A DNA stretch of 63,223 nt, counting the filler, from Phoronis australis (taxonomy: Eukaryota; Animalia; Phoronida): assembly GCA_002633005.1 (NCBI GenBank). It is 8 parts of 8 records of this genome, joined end to end, with 100 filler letters (N's around TTAATTAATTAA, not from the genome) between each part and the next. Parts side by side here need not be neighbours in the genome. Positions count along the whole stretch, not along the records: positions 21,101 to 39,623 come from NMRA01000366.1; 7 more parts are not named here. The stretch is one strand, 5' to 3'. Positions 25,841 through 37,300 of this stretch are shown here, piece by piece; within the stretch, counting starts at the first letter, position 1, and each line of letters begins with the position of its first letter. The notes beneath the pieces were generated by a model. It was given only the letters and a program-made list of their open reading frames with translations, was not told where the DNA came from and ran no database searches. A program made the position numbers and the translations under genes.

Positions 25841-28190
25841 GGTAGGTGTATACACTGATCAAATCTCCAGGTTCCTAACTAAAATGAGTAAAAAGGGAGT
25901 TTTAACTAGTTAGACATGACTCTGAAAGTGACAAAAATCGAAGAAAAATTTTTTTTTTGTGGTTCGTTTTTTTAAAAAATCGTATTTCTTAATTTTCAAC
26001 AAATCCAATTTTACCTCGATTTCTTTTTCAAAATGCACAGGGATCATCATCAACTATTTCCTTACGCAATATTCTACTTATCCATACCAAATATATGTAC
26101 AAAATCATTATGATCTTGATTTTGTGGCATTTTTTGTGTGTGAGTTGGGGCAAGCACGCCACTTTTTGTCATTTGGTCACTTTCCGTCTAATAACTAAAA
26201 ATCTGGTCCATTTATCAAAAAACCCTGGCACACGAGTTTACTTCAGTCCAAGAGGATTTCAAATTTGCAACTTTCGTTAAAATTGACCCACGTGTTGTAG
26301 AAAAATAGGCCCGAGAATCGTGTCACTATCATGAAATCACGAGCCGAGAAAAACGGCTTTGAAGTTAAGCGGTCATCGATTGCCACTTGAGATCAAATTT
26401 CGTTCAGAATGCGTGGTCATTATGTTCCAATTTTTATTGAAGTACTAGAAATAAAGCTGATATTTACTTCATATTTAGAAAATGTGACACACCTGTTTGT
26501 TTACAGCGTAATTTTAATCATTTTTTCGAACTTGTGATGCACGACAGACGACCAAAACAAATATGGTTGATATTTACTTCATATTTAGAAAATGTGACAT
26601 ACCTGTTTGTTTACAGCGTAATTTTAATCATTTTTTCGAACTTGTGATGCACGACAGACAACCAAAACAAATATGGCTGTCACGTGGGCGGAGCTTAGCG
26701 TTGATCTATTGTCTGCTGTACTGGTGTGCCGACCACCATGTCTTGATTGTTTATACGATTCATCTGAACTCTCCACTCAGTTTGTAAAAGACTCTCTAAC
26801 AATATTACACAGGCCTATTTGTTAGTATTCCAATATTATCATCAACCAATATATGTGTTATATCAAATCGCCGCGTAACTGCCTACATAACAATATTGGC
26901 GACGAGGATAAAGAACTACTTTCATAGTCATGGTTCAACATTTTTACGTGCCTGTACCGAATGGACTTTGGGATAAGAAAATATCACTTTCTGCGCAAAT
27001 AGCGCAGCTTGGGTGAGATTTTTAAGTTACTAAATTTTCTTATATTGCTTTCCTCTAAAATCGTATAATATCATGAGTTTTAATTCAGGGTTACGTTTGA
27101 ATCTATGCACTAGAAATTTTTTTGTTATGTTGAACACTGGGTCATTTCTCTAATTCTTTGGGTTANCTACATAACAATATTGGCGACGAGGATAAAGAAC
27201 TACTTTCATAGTAATGGTTCAACATTTTTACGTGCCTGTACCCGGAATGGACTTTGGGATAAGAAAATATCACTTTCTGCGCAAATAGCGCCGCTTGGGT
27301 GAGATTCTCAAGTTACTAAAGTTTCTTATATTGCTTTCCTCTAAAATCTTATAATATCATGAGTTTTAATTCAGGGTTACGTTTGAATCTATGCACTAGA
27401 AAATTTTTTGTTATGTTGAACACTGGGTCATTTCTCTAATTCTTTGGGTTACGGCCAGTGGCAAGTTAAAAATCCTCTCGGTTTGACAGCCTAGTTTCTC
27501 CACGGCACGTTCCCAGCACAGAAGCACGGTTTATCTGCGAAGACTCTACTCTGACGGCATGTAGTTGTCCATGTGTCGCGCGCGGGGCTTATCTTCACAG
27601 CGCGTGTATGCACTCTCACCGAATCGTGCAACACCACCCACGTCGACACTCAGCGTCCTCTCACAAGACAACTGACCTTATATTACCGACTTCTCTTATA
27701 CATGCACAATTTCTGCACGGACTCCTCAAGCTGAGTGCAGTGATGGCTTCGGTAGGGCTTGGCGTACTCAACTTAATTTTTTTGCAGATAGACAAACAGG
27801 CTCAGGCTCGGAACAGGAGCTAGTTCACCATTTCACTACTAACTTTCACATGGTCAAAAATAGAATTGTTTTATTCTTGGTCCTGCTACAACACCAATAT
27901 CAACTGGTACATCACTCTCGATTGCCCGGTTACGCAATGCTTGTTGACAGGGTTAGATTAGAGCTAGTGTCCTTGTATATAAGCTCCGCCCCAGTTGTCA
28001 ATCACTGAGCTGGTGAGCACTCAAGCCATATGACATACCGAGGCTTGGTCAAATATAGCTAAAAAAACAACTTGGATTTTCAGAATGATTTTATTTTTCT
28101 TCAGTATACTGTGCATCAAGAATTAAAGATTAGGATGATATGAAAATGTAAAAAACAGTCAAAATTTATTTTTTTGTGTATCCACCTACC
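25841..28190. mobile_element. Kolobok-like non-autonomous DNA transposon, 2350 bp
   Basis: TTAA on both sides (25837-25840, 28191-28194). 15-bp TIR GGTAGGTGTATACAC / GTGTATCCACCTACC with one mismatch. GG..CC termini with TTAA TSD fit Kolobok. No transposase ORF; internal 110-bp tandem duplication at 26458-26676. Confidence 0.8.
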
Positions 28191-28269
28191 TTAAGGATTC
28201 AACAGTTGTTCTTATCAACTAGGTTTTGTTTCAGGCTAGTCTAATGGTATGGTTTGTATTTGATTTTAG

Positions 28270-28360
28270 CTTGGATGATGTTGACAGTGTTTACAAAGAA
28301 ATATCTGAGCTGAATGTGACCCTTGCAGAAATTCGGGTGGAGAACTTGCGTCATTCTCAG
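28270..28360 (+). CDS. EXOC3: EXOC3 exon (LDDVDSVYKEISELNVTLAEIRVENLRHSQ)
   Basis: ttttag acceptor, CAG|gtgagt donor; joins in phase 0 to LAAAVENLK. Confidence 0.9.
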
Positions 28361-31300
28361 GTGAGTCATAATTGCCCATAGCAAGGGTGAAGGTTGTTTG
28401 TGCACTATAGTAAGGGCAGAGACTTTTTCGTAGTAAGAGTAAAGATTGTTTGTGTGCTGTAGTGAGGGTATAGATTGTTTGTGCACCATAGTGTAGTGAG
28501 ACAGTTCTGACAAGTTTTATTAATGAAACCAGGTTACTTTGAGGATATAAGTTGTGAACAAATGACTCTGTGCTCAGCCACTAGCGACCTATTCCTATGC
28601 TGGTCACTCAATCCTGCTGTTTTATTTGATTTCTCTCTCTCAACAGTGTCAGGAAAGTTGCACATCCCCATCTATTCTCCATCAAATTTCCACTTTTATT
28701 CAAAAACACTGGTCTTGACAGACGATTATAGTTGATGCGTACTTGATTTTTCAGTTACTGAAGCTGAAATATTTCTGTCTCTCGAATGTCAAGAATATTG
28801 TTGGTATTCCGTCACATTCTAGCTTGCCGCAGCTGTTGAAAACCTTAAACACATTTTCACTGTGCCGGAGACGGTGAAGCGTACCGAGGAGATGATCAAC
28901 GAAGGCAAGCTTCTCCACGCCCACAAAGGACTAATGGACCTGGAGGCGTCACGTGACGACCTGCTTTTTGAAGTGTTCAAGCAGCAGAGCCCCACCGATA
29001 AAAATGTAAGCATTATTGATGTTTCAAATATTATTATAGTATAGTACATGTCAAAGGTAATTTCCCATTATAATGATGAGGCATAAGTGGAACACATTTA
29101 GTATTAGCTGTCCATCTTGACTGAGAATGATACGGAATTTACTGGAATGTTGATGGAAAACAATCAGTGCTGCACTGACGAGTCATTTCTACTATTTTTG
29201 CTTCATGGCAGAGAAACTGCATTTTGTCTAATACTTTCAAATGATTTTATGTACACTGTTCGAGTTGCTGTACGGTAAAGATTGTTCAGTTTAGGGAACA
29301 ATGTAGGGAAAAGGAATTTGATTTTGTCAAATTTCGTGCCAAAACTGCACCAATATTCCTACAGAAATAATTGCCAAAATGTGAATCCACTCAATATTTC
29401 AAACTGTCAGATAGTAGGAGCACATGTAAAAGTGTTGATTTTGGTGTTGCATATGGTTCATGGAAAAATGATAATTAAAAACAAAATTTCACTTGTCGGT
29501 CATATTTATGACCTAAATTAGAGATTTTTATGCGCCCACATATTTATATGTGGACGCATTATGCCGTCATCTCTGTCCGTCCGTCCGTCCGTCCGTCCGG
29601 GCGGCGTCCGTCCGACGTCCGGCGTCCGCTGCTCTATCTCCAAAACCCTTTGACATACATTTATGAAATTTGGCACATATGTTCCATTCATGAATGGGAC
29701 GGCATGTGCGAACTTTCGGATGGATCCGACTACCGGTGTGCCCCCTAGTGGCAATTTTAGTTTTTTACGCTTACCTTTGTATCTTCAAAAGTCCTGAACG
29801 GATTTTCATGAAATTTGGTATGTAGGCACCTAGTAGTAAGGTGACGCTATCCTGCCGTTTTCGGATGGATTCGACATAGTTTGCGCCACCTAGTGGCCAT
29901 TTTTACTGTTTTCGAGTCTGCTTTTGTGCTTCCACCCCTCTATCAACCAAACCGCTCAAAGGATGATTGTGAAAATTGGCATGTATGTGCTTACTATGTA
30001 GAGGACGGTTGACNGTATGTTGGTAAATTTGTTTTTAATTCTATGTTTCTGTGGTGCTTTAAGCAACTGGTGTATAGGATGTGCTTGTATTATGAAGATT
30101 ACTCACATTTTGCCCCTAGCCTATTGAGGAGACAATGACCATGCCTTTCCATTTTGCAAAGTATGCCCTCTACTGGCCACTTTATGGTACCAATAAACAA
30201 CCCTAGAAGGATACCGTATGCGGTGCAATTGTGGGCGCATTTCAACGCTCCGCGTTGCTCTTGTAATGTATAACGTGATTTGTATTTTGCGAAAACACCG
30301 TCATCAAATAGCTTTTCATGCAGTTTTGAGTTCTTCAGCAATATAATTTAAAATTTCTTTTGTTCCTAATTGAGACATTTTACTGTTAGTTAAGGTTACA
30401 ATCAATCAATCATTTCAGAAAATTGAACTTCATTTTTACTTGTTGCATTATAAATCAAATGTACTCTCGAAAATTCAAAAAAAGTTTCATTTCGTTGTAT
30501 TGTATTTGTGGGAAAACGATTTGTAATCTCGAAGTTTAGTATCCTTTTATCAGCAAAGAATAATTCAAAATGAACTTTGTTTGACTGAACGTTCTCTTCA
30601 GATGGTGAACCAGTATTTCAAGGATATTCCATCGCTGAATGACAAATTGTCCAAACAGCTGTGGTTAATACTGCAGCGCACCCTACAGACAGTGAGGAAA
30701 GAGCCGACGATGATTGTCACTGCCCTAAGGATCATTGAACGAGAGGAAAGGTGAGATATGTGAGACATCCAAATTAGGATAATTCACCTATACAAATTTT
30801 TCATCTTGGAATTCTAAGCAATAATTTACCGGCCTTCCAACATAAGAAACAATCGATTTGAACCTTTTACCAAGAACATATGTCTTAACCCTTATCCTGC
30901 GCTAGGCGAGGTCAGCCGACATGCCAATTATCCTATTAAAATGCGTTGGGTGTACTCAATCGACTATAATAAGTTACAGCTGGGCTGCGCTAGGAGAGTG
31001 CACTCACCCCAGGACACTAGTGATTTTCATTCAGAAATTGTAAGAGCCCTGGAAAGTTGTTTAGGTATGTGACCACCAGTATTCCATACTTCACAGTTTC
31101 CTCTACAGTTCTCCAATTTAAACCATATGGCTGTGATTACTAGTTTGGGAGATATTGGCAGGTTTATGTAAGTGTAGACACATAGTTTCATTACATGGCT
31201 GGAGCCATACGGGAAAGGATGACAGTGGATCAGTTTGCTTTCACCAAGGCTATGATAAAGACTTACACATGGTGAAAATCTCCATTAAATTCTGCACAAG

Positions 31301-34300
31301 TTTTGTGTTGACTTCCTTTCTGTTAACTTAATATTTCCCCTTCAAATTTCCAATTTAAAATTGTTAGGTCATTAGTCTGGGTGACCTCCATAACAGCTTA
31401 GTGCACAGCAGTAGTGGTGACCTACTTAGCTCAGCACACAGGGAAAGAAGTCTGAATAGAGGCTCAGCAGGATAAGGGTTAAATTGTTCCCAAGTTAAGT
31501 TGGAGATGATTTCAAGGCTTCAATATAACTGACACTTCGTTATTAGTCATCGAGATCAGGCTGTACAACTTGGCCTGTCATGCCACGTCAACGTTGTCTC
31601 AGGGCATAACAAACTGTCATATCTTTACAAACCCAGAATTCATTTCTTATCTGAGTAAGGAACAAGCAGAGACCAATTATATAGCAGTATATTTCATCTA
31701 AATCAAAAGTTAATGGACGGAACGTGGGTTCACTGCTGTTTTAACACCTAAGGTGTTTCTTTTTACTCTGAAAACTGGAACATGTCATTGTACATTTTCG
31801 TAAACTTATGGTTTTTAGTTTGTAAGGAATAGTACTATGTCAGGGCTCTCATTTTGAGTTTTTTTTTGTCATTTGCTGTTGTAAGTGGCTGTCTATCCAG
31901 GCTGCAATGTCTATGAATCCTTTTCTTTGGATATATGCAAAAATGACATCTGTTGTTCCTTATGCTGTAGTACATGGTATACTTTTCATGAGTCGTGTTG
32001 TTATAATTAATGATAGTGCCGCCGCCGCATCACTGACACTATGCAAAGTGATGCAAGTCTTTAACTCCACTCATTTTAGGCGTTTTTTTCAGGAAATCAT
32101 AGTCTGATATAATTATAATTTAAAAGGTCTTAATTTCCAGAACTGACAAAGCTCAAGTAAGACGCAAGGAACAGACAGGATTTATTCCTCCGGGAAGACC
32201 TAAATGTTGGCGAAAGAAATGCATGAATGTTTTGGAGCAGGCTGTATTGACAAGGTGAGTATTGTGTCTTTATCCGTGTAATGCAGGGTAAGCAACATTG
32301 TTTGCGTTAGTTGCTATTGTATTAAAGAACTGCTTACAAACTGGTCACTGGTGACATTTCTGGTGACTCTGAACAGTGAAGTGTCACTTGTGATGGTGGT
32401 GCAAGCTAGCAGAGTGTGATATTTCAACACACTTTTCATAAAGTATCCACCCAAGGTATTCAAACAAAATGAGCTGGAATTCCCCAACATGAGGGCTGGG
32501 CGGAAGCCAAATTCATCGTTAGCGTAGTCTTCCCTCATGATTGAGAATGAAGAGAAATTAGGAGGAACGTTAGTGAGCTGGCCACCTCATTCTACCATTA
32601 GAATTTTGCTGCCAAAAAGGTCATTACCAGTCATTTTTGCTGCTAATGGAGTTGGCCATCATGAGGAGGAACAGTATTTTATCTGATTGCTTTTGCCCTG
32701 TACTGTACCTTGTTTTCTGTTAAAGGACATTGCTATGTTGTTACTGGAAAATATTGTACCCACAAAGTTTGATCTAATTGTTTGGAGTTTGTGATCACTT
32801 AATGTGTTTATTTTGATTCGCCCTGTCTAAATATTACGTCATATTATTTCCAAATAGCAGTGCTTCATGTGTACTCTTGTGCTTGTGAGGCATCACATTT
32901 ACCTACAAGTACAAACAAGACTTGAAAATTCATAATATATTAAATGTATTGTTTATTAAAGTGTGCCTAACAAACAGTAATTTATCAGAAAAGCTTCTAT
33001 CTCTGGACTTTAAAAGTTTGAAAAGCTGGCGATTGGTTTACCCGACCAGCGTGTTGCAACTAGAACAGGAAATCTCGTAGACTGTGTGGACGCCAGGCTC
33101 ACAATACAGGTCATTGAATGCGTGCTTTAGTGAGCAGTGAGAAGTAAACTACATCAAGTATTTAACATGCAAGGTTTAATGTGTTACTGTGAGTAAGGTA
33201 ATATATGATAGTGTTGGTCATGTGGTTCCATACTGTTCCTTTGTCGTCTCTAGAATACAGAGCAGTCAAGTAGATTTCCGTGAGTCGGACAAAATGTGGC
33301 TCGTTAAGCACCTTGAACTCCTTCGACAACAGGTGGTGGAAGATATCAGAGTTGCCAAGGTAACCCGCCAAGCAATCTTCCAATTGTCTTCAATGTCTCG
33401 AGCTCCGCTGAGTAAATAGCAATGAATGTATTCTTCTAAAGGGTGTGCTTTTCCCATTTGGGGAAAATGAGCATATTCGCAAATATGCATGCATACATAA
33501 TGAAGACGCTCAAAATTCTAAGTGGTGCTATGCTAGTTCAGCTGTAATGGAGTGTGAGTTCGGGAACTAGTCACACAGAGCCCTCATTTAATCAACGCTC
33601 TGTATTTGGATAGTAAAAGGTCCTATCTCCGTCAGCATCACCGCTGAACAACATTCTCATTTTGTTTGCTGCTTTTGATATAATGCCGTTACATCTCAAA
33701 GCAACAAACATCTGTCATTGTCAAAGTTCACTTGTATGTAACCAAACCATCCTGTTTGTGGTACAGTTGTCTTGACACGTTTGAAATTGTACATCACAAG
33801 CAAGTTTTATATATGGTAACGCAGACACCCAGTAACACATTTTGATCACTTCTTTTTCTCCAGACATTATGCCCAGCTGTATTCCCGCCTGATTATGACA
33901 TAGGCAAGTGTTACGTGGATATGTATCACAGGTCCATTTCAACTCACGTAAGTTTGACCTTTATATTAATTGGTCACGTGATCTGGCCACACACGACTCT
34001 GTAGGGCATCTCCCTGTGCACACAAGGAAACAGTCTGTCATGTTCATTGATTTTTACAAGCATTGTAGATTGGCGTCTTTTTAATGTACTCCAGTCTTGT
34101 CAACCGTCGCCATAAGAGTTGGTGGTTTTGAGAACATGAGTGGAAATGTTTTGATCATTGGTTTGAGTTCAGTCATGTCTTTGGTGCCTTAAATGGTGAA
34201 TATTAAACATCTTTAAGGAGCTAATCAGCTAAAAGAGGCCATTGTGTGGCAATGGTGACTGGGCTATGAAAGTCTTTTGTGGAAATATTATGGTTTGATC

Positions 34301-37300
34301 TGGCTGCCAATTAATACTTCATTATCTCTAACTAGGTGTGCCGTCTGATTGAAGATGTGTTGGAGGGAAATGAAATTGTTACTTTGCTGTCTTGGCTCAA
34401 TAACTACGAGTGAGTAAATTATTCTTGTCATCATGTTGTTTTCAGTTGTCGTATCCTGTTGATTCTTTTTGTTACGAGAAGTTCAGTTTTAGTGACAGAT
34501 AAGTGGAGATTATCATTTAGTCTTTGGAAAAAGATGATCCAAGGTCATTGACTCTTACCAAAGCAATTCCTGTTGTTACCACAGGCCCTCGCTTCCCCTA
34601 GTCTGAAAAATATTGAAAAATCATTGAAAATCCCCCATGAGGCCCAAAATTTTCCCTGGACAAGTGATTGGAAATTTCCTCTGCTTGTAGCTCTCACAAA
34701 TTAAAAGAGCACAAAAGTGAGCTTTAGATACTTTAGGCAGAGCCTATTAAGGCTTGCAGCAGGGGTGGAGGGTGCTATTGATTGTGATTGGGGGAGGGGT
34801 AGGTAGAATTTCGCGCTCATCCCCAAAAAAATACCCTCTCAGAAGGCACAGGCACCTTTCCCCTCAGGTGATTGAGGGCCCTGTACCAGATAGTACTAAC
34901 ATGTTGAATCTCTTATTTTACAGTGGAAAGGACATGATGGGACACTTCACCCTTAAAATAGACGTTCAACAGTTAGGCCCTCTGTTGCCACCTAAAGAAG
35001 TCACCAGCCTAGAGAATCAGTAAGTTGTCAATAAAACTGCTTTCGAGTTGATGTTCGTAAAAGTTGTTTCGGAGTTAAAAAGTTATTTGGTCAATGAATT
35101 TATGATTTGTACGCAAACACATTTAAAGTGTCTTTCGGTTAACTTAATAACAGAGTAATTATTTACATGCCTCACGTAAAATTTTGATATTTTGAAGAAA
35201 TAGTGTTTCTAATCTGCTTTACTGTATTCAGGTACTTGAGCAACATGAAGAAGAACTTTGACGAATGGATGAACAACTCCCTACAAGCTGATAAAAATGT
35301 GAGTATGACCCTTACCTGAGTATATGACCCTTACCTGAGTATATGACCCTTACCTGAGTATATGACCCTTACCTGAGTATATGACCCTTACCTGAGTATA
35401 TGACCCTTACCTGAGTATATGACCCTTACCTGAGTANNNNNNNNNNNNNNNNNNNNNNNNNNNNNNNNNNNNNNNNNNNNNNNNNNNNNNNNNNNNNNNN
35501 NNNNNNNNNNNNNNNNNNNNNNNNNNNNNNNNNNNNNNNNNNNNNNNNNNNNNNNNNNNNNNNNNNNNNNNNNNNNNNNNNNNNNNNNNNGTATATGACC
35601 CTTACCTGAGTATATGACCCTTACCTGAGTATATGACCCTTACCTGAGTATATGACCCTTACCTGAGTATATGACCCTTACCTGAGTAATACCTGGGCCA
35701 CCGGAATGAAGAGCCTTGTGAAGTTCTGATAATACAATGTACCTTGTAATTAGTATTCAGTTTGCACATTATTTCACTTGCTGGAAGTTCATAGTTCCAC
35801 CGCTTTGTGCATAATGCCAACATTTTTTTCATCCGCTGCACAAATCATGTTCATAAAAGTGTTTAGTTTAAAGACAATTGACAAAATTTGTTCTCTGACA
35901 AGGTTCGAATTTACTTTTGGAACATGGAAGGTTATTTTAGCTTGCAGCTTTATCAGTTAGGGACAAAATAAAAACAAAAGGAAGCGAAAAAGAAATTGGA
36001 TCTTTATGTCAATATCTGCGTGATCATCGTTTTCATTTCAAATTATCTGCTTTTGTATTAGATTTTAACACGTCCTTTTAGAAAATGAATTTCAGAAACA
36101 AAACTTGAGCAGGGTCTGTGTTGCTCTTGTTGAGTTCTGATTCTTGCCAATTGCTTGCTGGCAGTGAGAGACTTTGATTTTTGAGTTTTTGTGAAGGCTA
36201 CCTACTGTAACATTTCCGTCACAGTTGCTGATGTTACGTTACTACAGAATAGTTGTCAGACATTTCTGCTACTGACATGTTGAAACATATTTGAGTATAG
36301 TGTGGTTCCTACCAGTCTTTTTCACATGTGTTGTTGAATACATAAGAGATATGGGCTCTAAGTGAGCTTGTCAATTGGCATCAGTGCATGTAGACACTGT
36401 CTCGAGTGCATCATGATCACAAGGGAATCAAATAAAAATATTACTAAAAGGTATGGTAATTTTTCCTTATATTTGAACAGAAAAAACAGCACTTCGGTCA
36501 TAGACCATCAAAGGAAAATAAAATACTACCGCCTTTTCAACATTAGGTCAAATTACACGCAGGAGGACTTTACACTACACAGTGGTGAGTGTACAAGGTC
36601 AATGCTACTAGTATTTTTGCAATATTTGTGATGTCTGCAAACTCCTGAAAACTTGTTTGCATGTCTGTCATTCCAATCATCCTCAGCATTGCATGTTTTT
36701 TTTGTTACTTCTGTTAGTCGTCTATGATATCAACCTATTGCTCTAGGACTGGGACCGTGATCAGCAGCCCGAGGCAGACGGCAATGGTTTTTTCACCACG
36801 CAACTCCCTGTCCTGCTGTGTCAGATGATAGAACAGAATGTAAGCATCAGCTGAACATTTAAAGCCACCTTTCACCTTGTGTAGCTGTCAATAGTGAATT
36901 CCTAACTGAAGTACTTTGGGGTTTATAAACATCACCGTGCTCATTTGATCTTGAATTGTTACCAAATGAGCTACAAACTCAAGTCACAAGCAATATGCTA
37001 TTTTCAAATTGGCAATTCTAGAGTTGGCTAACCCCCATAAGCTGAAGCATTTTCTGGATTCGCTGGATGGTTTTGGTGTTCTTATTGTTTACGGCCATAA
37101 AATCCTTTCACGATAAGGAATATTGTGAGACCGATTTTGTGACGCTTAAAGACTTAATTTGATTTTTGTTTTGTTTGCCAGTTAGCAAGGTGAAATGCAG
37201 CGTTAAATTAACCATGATCCTATCCTTTGAAATGACCATCAACCAAATACCCATTAATCATTAATATGTACCATTTTAACAGGAAACAATCGTTTCAGGG

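Noticed and set aside
26884-27451. ~283-bp tandem duplication
   Set aside because: Split by a single N (27166) with a few differences; probably two haplotypes joined.
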